Shown here piece by piece: positions 37,920 through 47,741 of a DNA stretch of 64,000 bases. Both the position numbers and the translations under genes were made by a program. Each line of letters starts with the position of its first letter. Within the stretch, counting starts at the first letter, position 1. Where the stretch lies: NCBI GenBank assembly GCA_049303795.1, contig JBAQNM010000005.1, positions 35,228 to 99,227 of the forward strand. The letters are read 5' to 3'. This stretch comes from Candidatus Moraniibacteriota bacterium. Lineage in GTDB: Bacteria; Patescibacteriota; Minisyncoccia; Moranbacterales; UBA2206. The notes beneath the pieces are model-generated. The model saw nothing but the letters and a program-made list of their open reading frames with translations. It made no database searches and had not been told where the DNA came from.

Positions 37920-38414
37920 CTAAATTTTCTCTTCTACGATCTTATCGATAGCCTCTTTATCATTCAATTTATCGATATTTTTTGTAATAATTTTTTCAGT
38001 AGCCAGCATTACAAGCCCTGCCACCTCACCTTTTGCCTCGTTTATTATTCTATTTTTCTCTTGAAGCGCTTTTTTCTCAGATGATTCCAATATTCTTCGT
38101 GATTCATCTTCGGCTTTTTTTATTATCTCTTCCTGATTTCTTTGTGCCAGTTCCGTAGAAGAACTCACTATTTTTTGTGCCTCTTTTTTAGCAGAAACAA
38201 TAATCTCCTTTTCTTTTTGATTAGCTTTTTCCAGTTTATCTTCAACTAGCCTTGCATTATTAAGCCCTCCTTCTATTTTTTTTCTTCGCTCATCAATAAA
38301 CTTTATAATTGGTCCGTATCCAAATTTATGCAATATCCAAACTAACAGACCAAAATTAATAAGTTGCGCCAATAAAATTTTCCAATTTAATCCCAAAGCT
38401 TCAAAAAGTTTCAT
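37920..38414 (-). CDS. atpF: F1Fo ATP synthase subunit b
   Basis: Single N-terminal TM (LLAQLINFGLLVWILHKFGY) then a long charged helix. 164 aa. Positioned between atpE and atpH. Confidence 0.8.
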   Translation of the reverse strand: MKLFEALGLNWKILLAQLINFGLLVWILHKFGYGPIIKFIDERRKKIEGGLNNARLVEDKLEKANQKEKEIIVSAKKEAQKIVSSSTELAQRNQEEIIKKAEDESRRILESSEKKALQEKNRIINEAKGEVAGLVMLATEKIITKNIDKLNDKEAIDKIVEEKI

Positions 38415-38496
38415 GTTTTTTTCTTAAAATATTATTATTAAAAAATAAATTAGTTCAGCCTTTTTTATTTCTAAAAAAAGCTAGACTATTTATCTC

Positions 38497-38733
<237 letters not shown>

Positions 38734-38762
38734 TTAAATTAATTATTTATTATTATTTAAAA

Positions 38763-39521
38763 TTAAACCCTAACCTCTTCTCTTTTCTCTTTTTTTTCAA
38801 TTTCACAGGCCATAGAAATAAATATCAGTGTCAAAAGAGAAAAAACAAATGCTTGAATAACAGCCGTCAGAAGTCCCAAAAAAGCAAATGGCAATGGAAT
38901 AATAAAGGGGGCGAGAAAAAGAATCACCGATCCCAAAACTTCACCAGCAAAAATATTTCCAAAAAGTCTGAATGACAAGGAAAGAACCTTGGCTATCTCT
39001 CCAATTAAATCCATAATGCCTAAAACAAAAGCCAGGGGGCTTTTAAAGTTGATGAATTTACCAATATAACCAAATGGGCCATGCACGAAAATTGTGACTA
39101 TTTGAACAGTTATAATCGATATCATTGTCAGAACAAATACCATACCATAATCTGACATAATCGCTCTAAATGGAACGATATCTCCATTTTTAGTGTGAAT
39201 CAAGACTGCGGCTTGTCCTGGAATAAATGTGATGAGATTGGCAAAAACAATAAAAATAAACATAGTAAAGATCAAAGGGAAAACCCTTCGCGCCTTCTCT
39301 TTGTTTCCCATGATACTTTCAACCAACCTCATCCCCTCTTCGATGAGAAGCTCTAGGACAGCCTGCGCTCTTCCAGGAACTGCCTTAAGAGAAAAACGCA
39401 TAGCCAGTGTGATAACAATCAAAATTACACTTAAAATAACTGACCAAAATAAAGTATTAGTCACCGGCAAAGAGCCTAGATTGAAAAGTATTTGAGGAGC
39501 AAGAGATATGTCTAGTTTCAT
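38763..39521 (-). CDS. atpB: F1Fo ATP synthase subunit a
   Basis: Conserved FRLFGNIFAGEVL with the essential Arg. 252 aa polytopic. Confidence 0.9.
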   Translation of the reverse strand: MKLDISLAPQILFNLGSLPVTNTLFWSVILSVILIVITLAMRFSLKAVPGRAQAVLELLIEEGMRLVESIMGNKEKARRVFPLIFTMFIFIVFANLITFIPGQAAVLIHTKNGDIVPFRAIMSDYGMVFVLTMISIITVQIVTIFVHGPFGYIGKFINFKSPLAFVLGIMDLIGEIAKVLSLSFRLFGNIFAGEVLGSVILFLAPFIIPLPFAFLGLLTAVIQAFVFSLLTLIFISMACEIEKKEKREEVRV

Positions 39522-39527
39522 ATAAGA

Positions 39528-39782
39528 TTATTTCTTAGTTGCTTTGCTTTTATCTAGAACCATCTTTTTTGATAAAACATTTCGCTTTTTGAAAAGCAAG
39601 ACATTTGAAACCAAAAAAGAAATTCCGATGCTTATAAGTAAAAATTTCGGACTGGAGTTAAAATTTCTATCTGCGACGTAACCGATTACTCCCAAAAAAA
39701 TCATTGGACCAAAAATATACATACCGCTATATGTCGCTACTTTAAAAAATATCTTCATAACTTTTTCGTCTTTAAAAAACAT
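39528..39782 (-). CDS. AtpZ/AtpI-like small membrane protein (ATP synthase protein I family)
   Basis: 84 aa with two TM helices. GPMIFLGVIGYVADRNFN pattern. Immediately upstream of atpB. Confidence 0.5.
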   Translation of the reverse strand: MFFKDEKVMKIFFKVATYSGMYIFGPMIFLGVIGYVADRNFNSSPKFLLISIGISFLVSNVLLFKKRNVLSKKMVLDKSKATKK

Positions 39783-39857
39783 CGTTAGCGGTTTTAAAAA
39801 ATAAAAAAAACAACTACCAGAATAAACAATAGTAGTGTTTTTGGAGAATTAAAAAAA

Positions 39858-39887
39858 ATATTACCAAAAAAAATTAGTTCCTGTGAA
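39858..39887 (-). promoter_or_regulatory. Candidate promoter of the canonical atp operon
   Basis: Minus strand: TTCACA (39887-39882), 18-bp spacer, TAATAT (39863-39858). About 70 nt before the atpZ-like start. Confidence 0.4.
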
Positions 39888-39964
39888 TGTTAAAAAGCGA
39901 TAAAATAAGCCTACGTTACAACTTAATTTATGATACTCCTAAACCTTTTATCCGTCAACAATGA

Positions 39965-40003
39965 CAAAAAAACGGTGTCTTGGAAATAATACCAAAACAC
40001 CGC
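39965..40003 (-). terminator. Terminator at the end of the Ehr-like operon, before the canonical atp operon
   Basis: Minus strand: CGGUGUUUUGG-UAUUAUUU-CCAAGACACCG then UUUUUUUG. 10-bp stem with one mismatch. Confidence 0.55.
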
Positions 40004-40038
40004 AAAACTATACTCTGTATAGCGTTATCTAAGCGAAG

Positions 40039-40959
40039 TTAATCAAAGCGGACAAATTGAATCTTTGTATCATTATCAATTAGTCGGGCATAAACCTTAA
40101 CAACCCTCACATGAGGATATTTTTTAAGAATTTTATGCTCAAATATATACATTTGATTTCGCTGAAATATTTCTTCGTCAAACCCATTGAGAGATTTGAT
40201 AATCCCCTTATATGCACCACAATCAGCATGCTGCAATATATAGACAGTTTTACATCCATGCCTTTCGATTGCCACCTTGAGCGCCTTCCAGGAAACCATC
40301 GCTCCTTTCAAAAAACTCTGCGCAGATCCGGGTATTCCAACAAGATCAAGTGCTTGAATTTTAAATGAATCACGAATACAAAGTCGCGATTCTTTTCTAA
40401 ATCTAAAATCCAAGCACAGAACTAAAACCGCCTCACATTTATATACGCCTCTAAACCAATAAGGAGCAACCATTCTAACCGACTCCTTGCCATTATCAAA
40501 AACTTCAACTAGTTCAACTTCGGTGTTTTCTCTTATCAAGCGAGCATATATCGCTCGAACCTCTTTTTTCGGATAATCTCTCCTGATTTTTAACATTGAT
40601 GCAATGAGGCCTTTTTTGTGAAAATAATCCTCCTCAAAACCACTATCAAATCTCGTAGATCTCCCGCCGTTGTGAAAATCTACATGCTGGAAAAGAGTAA
40701 CGAGTTCTATGTTGTGTTTTTCTATTGAAAGCTTGAGTGTTTCCAGAACAGTATTACTTTCAGAAAGAAAGTTTTTTGAAAAAGCCGGAATTCCCAATAA
40801 GTCGAAAGATCTTACCCCAAGTGAATAATCCATGCATTGAAGCATTACCGAAGAAAAATTGAAACTAATCGGCATTGCCATAATTGCTTTGCAATTATGT
40901 ATTTTTTTGTACAAAAACGGAACTGTCGCCAATACTTCTCCATTCAGATTATTATCCAA
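40039..40959 (-). CDS. Tandem-duplicated beta-carbonic-anhydrase-like protein: degenerate N-terminal half, apparently intact C-terminal zinc site
   Basis: Internal repeat, N-terminal half versus C-terminal half: LGIPAFSKNFL...LKLSIEKHNIELVTLFQHVDFHNGG...VRAIYARLIRENT versus LVGIPGSAQSFL...LKVAIERHGCKTVYILQHADCGAYKG...VVKVYARLIDNDT. The C-terminal half has CLDFR (CxDxR) and, 62 residues later, HADCG (HxxCG). The N-terminal half has these ligands replaced (MAMPISF, HVDFHNGG). TTG start with GAAGGAG 7 nt upstream. Confidence 0.5.
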   Translation of the reverse strand: MDNNLNGEVLATVPFLYKKIHNCKAIMAMPISFNFSSVMLQCMDYSLGVRSFDLLGIPAFSKNFLSESNTVLETLKLSIEKHNIELVTLFQHVDFHNGGRSTRFDSGFEEDYFHKKGLIASMLKIRRDYPKKEVRAIYARLIRENTEVELVEVFDNGKESVRMVAPYWFRGVYKCEAVLVLCLDFRFRKESRLCIRDSFKIQALDLVGIPGSAQSFLKGAMVSWKALKVAIERHGCKTVYILQHADCGAYKGIIKSLNGFDEEIFQRNQMYIFEHKILKKYPHVRVVKVYARLIDNDTKIQFVRFD

Positions 40960-41070
40960 TTCAACGCTCCTTCTTTATCATCATTTGTTAAATAACCAAA
41001 TTGAAAACTATGCCCAATGCATAGTCTCCCCCTTCTTCTATTTTAAATTAATATTTTCTAATTTTCATAT

Positions 41071-42633
41071 CTACAAATCGTTTCCGGAATACGACAAATT
41101 CAAACTCTTATTGATAAGCGGAAAATCAGGCACGATGTTGCCCGGTCCCATAATGCCAAAAAGTGCCCAATTACAAAAGGATGGATCACGCGGATAGCAT
41201 CTTTCGATCACACCATTCTTAATTTGCAAGGCACAGATTATTTCTCCTCTCCAAGATTCCACGGCACCAATCGCAAAACCATTCTTAACTTCGCATTTTT
41301 CAAAAACATCTCCTTCTCCTATTTTTTCCACTAAAGTTTTGAGTAAAATTATCGATTGTTCAATTTCTTTTATTCTCATTCTATAGCGAGCAAAAACATC
41401 AGTGCTTTTTTTGGTAATAACTTTAATTGGGAACTCTGCATATGAAGCATAAGGATGATCTCTTCTGACATCACGATCAACTTTGGAAGCACGCGCCGGT
41501 AAACCGACAGCCCCAAAAGCCTCAGCTGCCTCCTTGGGAAGTTCGCCCGTGTATTGCAACCGATCCAAAAAGCCCTCGCTATCCAGAGCAATTTCCACAA
41601 TTTTGTCTATTTCCTTAAAAACCCCTTGCGACACCACTAGTATTTTTTCTAAATTCTCCTTCTTAATATCACCTTTCATTCCTCCTGGAACAATCATCCC
41701 CCGCCAAAAACGATTACCACAAATATCAGCTGACAAGCGCATCATCCTTTCTTTAATGCGAAATCCATTGGCGGCGATAAAACTATACCCTGTTCCCATT
41801 CCTCCAATATTAGAAAGATCATGTGCATGCATTGTAATTCTTTCACATTCAGTGAGGATGGCTCGCAAAATTTGTGCTCTTTTTGGCACCGTGCAGTCGC
41901 TAATTTTCTCCACCGCTTGCGCATAGGCCAAAGAATGTGAAGCACTCATATCGCCAGAAATTCTTTCAATAAAGGGCAAAGCCTCGTTGATATTTTTTCC
42001 TTCCAATAATTTCTCCACTCCCTTATGAGTAAAAAATAATTTTCCTTCCAAAGTCAAGATTCTTTCTCCTGCCACATTAAAACAAAAATGTCCCGGCTCA
42101 ATAATACCAGCATGAATCGGTCCGACAGGAATTTCCATCACTCCCTCGCCTGTTACATGATGCATCGGATAAGGAACATTATCCTTGGACAATTTCGTAT
42201 TCCACTGAAAATCTTTTCTTAAGGGGTGTGTATTTTCTGGGATATTTTCATGATGCACCAATCTTCGCAGATCCGGATGTCCCACTGGCGTGATACCAAA
42301 CATATCGCGCAAATATCTTTCATACCAATGAGTTGCCATGATTGTTTTTGTCAAAGCCGGATACTGCGGATCGCTAGCCGGCACTTCGGCTGAAATTTTC
42401 AGCCATTTGCTTTCCTGATCCAAACTAAAAACAACGTGCACGACAAAATTTCCGGTTTCCTTGCGATTATCTGTTCCGAAAAGAAGAGACAGTGGAAGTT
42501 TATCCTCCTGGAATAACTCGGTGGAGATTTGCGCTAAATCGTTTCGAGAAACTTTAATACTCACCAAATCACTCCCTTCCTCAATACTAAGAATTTTTTC
42601 TTTGAATTTTTTAATAATTTCTTGAGTTTTCAT
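41071..42633 (-). CDS. Fused NuoC/NuoD-type large subunit of a group-4-hydrogenase-related (Ehr-like) complex, lacking [NiFe]-binding cysteines
   Basis: N-terminal NuoC-like part. Then GPIHAGIIEPGHFCFNVAGERILTLEGKLFFTHKGVEKLLE, the HycE/NuoD signature. Candidate L1 position reads ERISGDMSASHSLAY (no CxxC). C-terminal DPSFCNWA has one Cys instead of DPCxxC. Confidence 0.75.
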   Translation of the reverse strand: MKTQEIIKKFKEKILSIEEGSDLVSIKVSRNDLAQISTELFQEDKLPLSLLFGTDNRKETGNFVVHVVFSLDQESKWLKISAEVPASDPQYPALTKTIMATHWYERYLRDMFGITPVGHPDLRRLVHHENIPENTHPLRKDFQWNTKLSKDNVPYPMHHVTGEGVMEIPVGPIHAGIIEPGHFCFNVAGERILTLEGKLFFTHKGVEKLLEGKNINEALPFIERISGDMSASHSLAYAQAVEKISDCTVPKRAQILRAILTECERITMHAHDLSNIGGMGTGYSFIAANGFRIKERMMRLSADICGNRFWRGMIVPGGMKGDIKKENLEKILVVSQGVFKEIDKIVEIALDSEGFLDRLQYTGELPKEAAEAFGAVGLPARASKVDRDVRRDHPYASYAEFPIKVITKKSTDVFARYRMRIKEIEQSIILLKTLVEKIGEGDVFEKCEVKNGFAIGAVESWRGEIICALQIKNGVIERCYPRDPSFCNWALFGIMGPGNIVPDFPLINKSLNLSYSGNDL

Positions 42634-42644
42634 AAAAAATTTTT

Positions 42645-44123
42645 CTATTTAATGAATAAGAAGGTGCTTACTATATTTTCAATCAACTCTATTGAGCTTC
42701 CAATTGTGAACCACCAAGCTAAAAATATCAGAATTATAATTTCTATAACAATTATCGTGTGAGTACTATTCCATTTTTCTTTTTTAATTTTATCCTCCTC
42801 TTTTTCCTCTTGAGTATCAAAAACCATACTAACCGTCAAGAGTAACATCGCATAAGCAATTATTCCCAGAGCAATAAACAAGAAAATGGAAAGCACTGGA
42901 TAAAGAACAATCGCTTGTGAAAAAATTCCATATTCACTTACAAATAGGGCGGACGGTGGAATGGCAATAATCGCTACGATACCAAGAATAAAAAGAATGC
43001 TAGTATATTTTGAATACTTAAACATGTTTTTTATCTTGAATACTTTTGTTGTTTTCCACTTAAGCAAAATCTCGCCTGCTCCGAAAAATAAAGCTGACTT
43101 AGCAAAAGTGTGACCAATCATATGCATAACTCCAGCCATTGCGCCTACAGGAGAAAGTCCCAAGGAAAAAACAACCAAACCCATATGCTCAACACTGGAA
43201 TAAGCTAACATTCTTTTGTAATTCTTTTGAATAAGTATCATAAAAGTTGCCAGTAGTATAGAAAAAAATCCGAAAATCAAAAATAAATTATTAGTCCAAG
43301 CTGGATCCATAAAAGCACTGTCAGTGATAAATTTGAAACGTAAAATAGCATACAAAGCAACATTCAATAACACGGCGGAAAAAATAGCGGAGATCGGAGA
43401 TGGAGCTTTACTATGAGCATCCGGAAGCCAAGTATGCATTGGTGCCAAACCAACTTTTGTGCCAAAACCGATAAACAGAAAAATGAAAGCTAATTTTAGA
43501 ATATCTTTTGGAATAAGATGGGCGTTTTTAGTTAGATTATCCAAAAGGAAAATATTTCCTTCCTCCATTCCACCAACATGAGCGCCATAGCTAAAAAGCA
43601 AAATACCAATCAATCCCAAACTAATACCAGTTGAGCAAAGAACCATATATTTCCAAGCCGCTTCCATGCTTATTTTCTTGCGATATAATCCGACTAAGAA
43701 AGTTGAGGAAAGAGTTGTTCCCTCCAAAAACAACCAGAGCAAAAGAGTATTATTTACCAAAACAGTCAAGATCATGCACAAAACAAACAATTGAAACAAG
43801 ACAAAATATTTTTTATAGTCTGAAAAATTAATTACTTTTTCCTCATACTCATGCCCAATATAACGAACACTGACAATTGTAGAAAAAATATAAATAATGG
43901 AAATAAGCGTTATCATTAATGCTGAAAAATAATCCAGTTGCCACCAAGAACCAACTATTTTATTTTGAGAAAGAAATAGAAAAAATAAAGCAGAAAAAGA
44001 TAGTGCTGACCCGCCAATTAAAGAAAAAAATAAATTGCTCCATCTTACTATTTTTTCAGTTTTTGCCACTGCTGAAAAAATGGCGGCTAATATAAATGGG
44101 ATAATTAAAATAGTCATATTCAT
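42645..44123 (-). CDS. Proton-pumping antiporter-like subunit (NuoM/NuoN/MrpD/HyfD family)
   Basis: 492 aa with 14 predicted TM helices. GLAPMHTWLPDAHSKAPSPISAIFSAVLLNVALYAILRF core motif of the Proton_antipo_M family. Confidence 0.8.
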   Translation of the reverse strand: MNMTILIIPFILAAIFSAVAKTEKIVRWSNLFFSLIGGSALSFSALFFLFLSQNKIVGSWWQLDYFSALMITLISIIYIFSTIVSVRYIGHEYEEKVINFSDYKKYFVLFQLFVLCMILTVLVNNTLLLWLFLEGTTLSSTFLVGLYRKKISMEAAWKYMVLCSTGISLGLIGILLFSYGAHVGGMEEGNIFLLDNLTKNAHLIPKDILKLAFIFLFIGFGTKVGLAPMHTWLPDAHSKAPSPISAIFSAVLLNVALYAILRFKFITDSAFMDPAWTNNLFLIFGFFSILLATFMILIQKNYKRMLAYSSVEHMGLVVFSLGLSPVGAMAGVMHMIGHTFAKSALFFGAGEILLKWKTTKVFKIKNMFKYSKYTSILFILGIVAIIAIPPSALFVSEYGIFSQAIVLYPVLSIFLFIALGIIAYAMLLLTVSMVFDTQEEKEEDKIKKEKWNSTHTIIVIEIIILIFLAWWFTIGSSIELIENIVSTFLFIK

Positions 44124-44145
44124 AAAAAATTGGATGTTAAAAAAA

Positions 44146-45747
44146 TTATTGTTCGGTTAATTCACATAAATCTTCCGTATCCGCGCTTCCGCATAAATCA
44201 TTTATTTGACCGCTTAGTATCGATAAAATATAGGCCGTGGCCACCGTTACAGTAAAGATGCCAAATTCAATCATGATTGGCAATGAGCCCACGGTTGCCA
44301 AAACAAAAATAGCAATCCCGTTTTCTATCACTAGGAGTCCAACGACTTGAGAGAAAATATTTCTTTTAACAATCATCATCGTTATGCCTAAAAGAATTGA
44401 AGTGACTGAAGCATAAAGTAATGAATCCCATTCTACTAACCCCACGACAGAAACATTTCCCAAAATAAAATAACTCGCGATTAAAATAATAATGGCTAAA
44501 AAATAACTCTTTCCTGGACGTAAAAAAGAAGGCAGATTTGTTAGACTTTTCTTAGCATGACTGGAATGATTAATCACATAAGGCACAACTAAAACTTTGA
44601 TTACGATTGTGAAAATGGCAAATATCCATAAATGAATTTTTTCTTCTTCACCTACCAAAGAAATGAGTCCCCAAGCAATTCCAGCAATAGCCAAAGACGA
44701 AAAAGCATAATAACGCAAAATCGCTCTCAAGCGGACTCGACCGAAAAGAAGCACGATGCAAACTACAGTAAAAAGAGAAAACAAAGCGTGGCATTGCAAA
44801 GATATTTTCATAAATGTTGTCAGAAAAGCCACGATCATTCCCAAAAATGCCACAGCAAAAGCCACGGAAAAATATTCTGACATTCTGTAAAATCGCATCT
44901 TAACCAAAACAGATTCCAAGAAAGCCAAAAATCCCATTGCCACAATAATTTTTATCAACGCAAAAAATAAACTGCTCATAAAAATACCCGCACTCCAAGA
45001 GGATACTCCCATTAAAGTTCCGGGGAAGATAAAATTAGCCACTAGCAAAGAAAAAACTGTCAATTTTATAGCAGAGGCATATTCCAATAAAGCCAGATAC
45101 TTGCCGGAATATTCCAGTATCATCGCTTCATGCACCATTGTGAGCTCTAAATGAGTAGCGGGATTGTCCACGGGATAACGAGCATTTTCTGCCAACGCCA
45201 CTAAAATCAAAGCAATGATTGTCAAAATTAAATATGGCTCAAAAAAATCGATTCGATCAAGAAGCATTCCGTTAATGGTTGACTCTTTAGTGACAAAACT
45301 AATCGTAGAAAAAACCATAATTATCACCGGCTCCAAAAGAGCACTGATAGTCATTTCCCGACTTGAACCCATTCCGCCAAAAGCGCTACCAGCATCCAAT
45401 CCCCCCAACACTAAAAATATTGACCCAACAGACAACACTCCCGCTACCACTAAAAAATCACTGAGAGCCATTCCGCTAGCATTAGTAAAAATAAGCGGGA
45501 GAATCACCACCAAAAAAACTGCGCTTCCGAAAACCACAAACGGCACTATCCGAAAAACCCAAGAAGTCACATTTGATATGACCATTTCCTTTTTTAGTAA
45601 AGTAGCAAAAGTAACATATGGCAAAAAAGGCGAAGCACCTTTTCTCCCCTGAAGACGAGCTTTGAGAAAACGGACCAAGCCTGAAGCGAAAGGAGCGACA
45701 GCTAAAATGAAAATAATTTGAATTAATGTAGAAATTACTATGTTCAT
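44146..45747 (-). CDS. HycD/NuoH-like membrane subunit fused to an additional C-terminal membrane domain (HyfE-like?)
   Basis: N-terminal LVRFLKARLQGRKGASPFLPY matches the NuoH/HycD RMQ.R.GP motif. 533 aa is about 220 aa longer than NuoH, with an extra polytopic C-terminal half. Confidence 0.65.
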   Translation of the reverse strand: MNIVISTLIQIIFILAVAPFASGLVRFLKARLQGRKGASPFLPYVTFATLLKKEMVISNVTSWVFRIVPFVVFGSAVFLVVILPLIFTNASGMALSDFLVVAGVLSVGSIFLVLGGLDAGSAFGGMGSSREMTISALLEPVIIMVFSTISFVTKESTINGMLLDRIDFFEPYLILTIIALILVALAENARYPVDNPATHLELTMVHEAMILEYSGKYLALLEYASAIKLTVFSLLVANFIFPGTLMGVSSWSAGIFMSSLFFALIKIIVAMGFLAFLESVLVKMRFYRMSEYFSVAFAVAFLGMIVAFLTTFMKISLQCHALFSLFTVVCIVLLFGRVRLRAILRYYAFSSLAIAGIAWGLISLVGEEEKIHLWIFAIFTIVIKVLVVPYVINHSSHAKKSLTNLPSFLRPGKSYFLAIIILIASYFILGNVSVVGLVEWDSLLYASVTSILLGITMMIVKRNIFSQVVGLLVIENGIAIFVLATVGSLPIMIEFGIFTVTVATAYILSILSGQINDLCGSADTEDLCELTEQ

Positions 45748-47735
45748 AAGGCAAATATTAAAGTGATAGTTAGGGCAAGCAAAAGAAACAAAATATAATA
45801 TTGAATTCGACCACTCTGGATAAAGCGAATCTTTTCCGCCATCAAGAATAATCCCCTTGCGATCGGAGCATACAGCGCATCACTCCAAATTGAACGAATA
45901 GACAATTGAAATTTATATTTTCTAATCCATTGATTTGTTTCTATTACAGCATCTGATTGCATAACTTTTTTTCTGCCAATAAAAGTAAGAAAGAAAAATC
46001 TTATCGGTGCAGAAAAAGCCGTAGCGCTATATTGCATAGTAGCATCAATCGGTTGACCGCAATCCCAAGTATTATAAAATCTTTCTTTTTTATTTTTTAA
46101 TAAAATTTTCTGAAAAACATAAATTAATATTCCAAAAATAATGATAACCGCACTAATTGAGAGCGAAGAAATATTCACTGGAATTTCAGAAAAAGAAACT
46201 TGACTTGAAAACGAAGACTGGATATGTGAAACGATATTGGTAATGAAAAAATTAGCCAAAATTGCAAAAATAATCAATCCGCCAGCTAAAAACAATATTG
46301 GCAAGATCAAAAGAAAATCCAAATTTTCTTTTCTTTTTTCCATATGAGTATTATGAGGTAATCCCAACATCGAGATGCCAAATATTTTTATCATGGCAAA
46401 AATAGCTAACCCGCTGATCATCGCCACTAGAGAAAGGGTGGTAATTAGTAGCATAACGGTATTTGAACTAATTCCCGGTTCGTTCATTAAAGCTAGGATA
46501 TTTTGAATTAAACCCCATTCTCCATAAAAAGTTCCGAATGCTGGTAATGGCAAAGATCCCAAAATAGACAAAAGAAAAACAAAACTAAAGATAGGCATTA
46601 ACTTGGCGATACCACCCATCACTTCCAAGCTTTTAGTATGCACCCTATTTATTATCACTCCACTGGAAAGAAAAAGAGCAGTTTTAAACAAAGCGTGATT
46701 CATCGCATGAAAAATTGCAAAAGCGATTATGGAGTACGCGATTATTTGATAATCTTTCAGGGCTAGCAAATAAATAGCTAAACCTAGCATTGTAAAAATA
46801 ATTCCCATGTTTTCTATACTGCTATAAGCAAAAGCTTTTTTAATATCTCTTTCCACTACCGCATATAAAACGCCAATCACTCCCGACAAAAGACCTAGGA
46901 TAAGTACGATAATGCCTGCCCATCCGGGGATGCAACAGAAATTCAAAATAATCATAATAAAGCCATAGACAGCCACTTTCAACATCAGTCCACTCATCAT
47001 TGCTGAAATATTACTTGGTGCTTGAGGATGAGCCTCAGGAAGCCAAACATGAAAAGGCACCAATCCTGCCTTGGAACCAAAACCAAAAACAAATAAAAGA
47101 AAAGCTAAATTCAAAAGTCCCGGAGATAGATTCCGAGAAGCCTCATTAATATTGTCAAAATTAAAAATAAACTCTCCAGAGCCCAAAATCAAAAATCCAC
47201 CCAAAATTGCTGAGGCCCCCAAATGAGTCATTATGAAGTATAAAAAAGCCGCCTTGATTGATTCAGGTTTTTTATCAGAGAAAACCAAGAAAAATGAAGT
47301 TATCGACATTACCTCCCAAAAAAATAAAAAAGCGAAAGAGTTGTTAGAAAGCAACACCCCTTGCATACCCAAGACAAATCCGGACATCAAAAATTGAACT
47401 GTGCGAGGGTTATAATCGTTCTTATAAAGCTCAAGGTAGCGCAAACTATAAATTCCCACCAAAGAGGAAACTCCACTTATGATAGCGAAGAAAATAGCAC
47501 TCACAAAATTCAATCTCGGAGCAAACTCAAAAAACCAATTAAAATTAAACAGTGTGAAATTGCCAGTGGAAAAGAAAAATAAATATCCTAAAGAAGACAA
47601 AAATCCAATTCCATTGGAAAGGATGAATAATTTTGTTCCGCCATTAAAAGGCTTGCCAAAAAAAGCTAGCACAGCCGACGAGATCAAGCCAATCAAATAG
47701 ATTCCTATTCCAAAAATAATATAATTTTCCAACAT
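45744..47735 (-). CDS. Proton-pumping antiporter-like subunit, long form (NuoL/MrpA/HyfB family)
   Basis: 663 aa. GLVPFHVWLPEAHPQAPSNISAMMSGLMLKVAVYGFIM core. Long C-terminal extension as in NuoL/MrpA. 4-nt overlap with the next gene. Confidence 0.8.
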   Translation of the reverse strand: MLENYIIFGIGIYLIGLISSAVLAFFGKPFNGGTKLFILSNGIGFLSSLGYLFFFSTGNFTLFNFNWFFEFAPRLNFVSAIFFAIISGVSSLVGIYSLRYLELYKNDYNPRTVQFLMSGFVLGMQGVLLSNNSFAFLFFWEVMSITSFFLVFSDKKPESIKAAFLYFIMTHLGASAILGGFLILGSGEFIFNFDNINEASRNLSPGLLNLAFLLFVFGFGSKAGLVPFHVWLPEAHPQAPSNISAMMSGLMLKVAVYGFIMIILNFCCIPGWAGIIVLILGLLSGVIGVLYAVVERDIKKAFAYSSIENMGIIFTMLGLAIYLLALKDYQIIAYSIIAFAIFHAMNHALFKTALFLSSGVIINRVHTKSLEVMGGIAKLMPIFSFVFLLSILGSLPLPAFGTFYGEWGLIQNILALMNEPGISSNTVMLLITTLSLVAMISGLAIFAMIKIFGISMLGLPHNTHMEKRKENLDFLLILPILFLAGGLIIFAILANFFITNIVSHIQSSFSSQVSFSEIPVNISSLSISAVIIIFGILIYVFQKILLKNKKERFYNTWDCGQPIDATMQYSATAFSAPIRFFFLTFIGRKKVMQSDAVIETNQWIRKYKFQLSIRSIWSDALYAPIARGLFLMAEKIRFIQSGRIQYYILFLLLALTITLIFAL

Positions 47736-47741
47736 ATAGTT

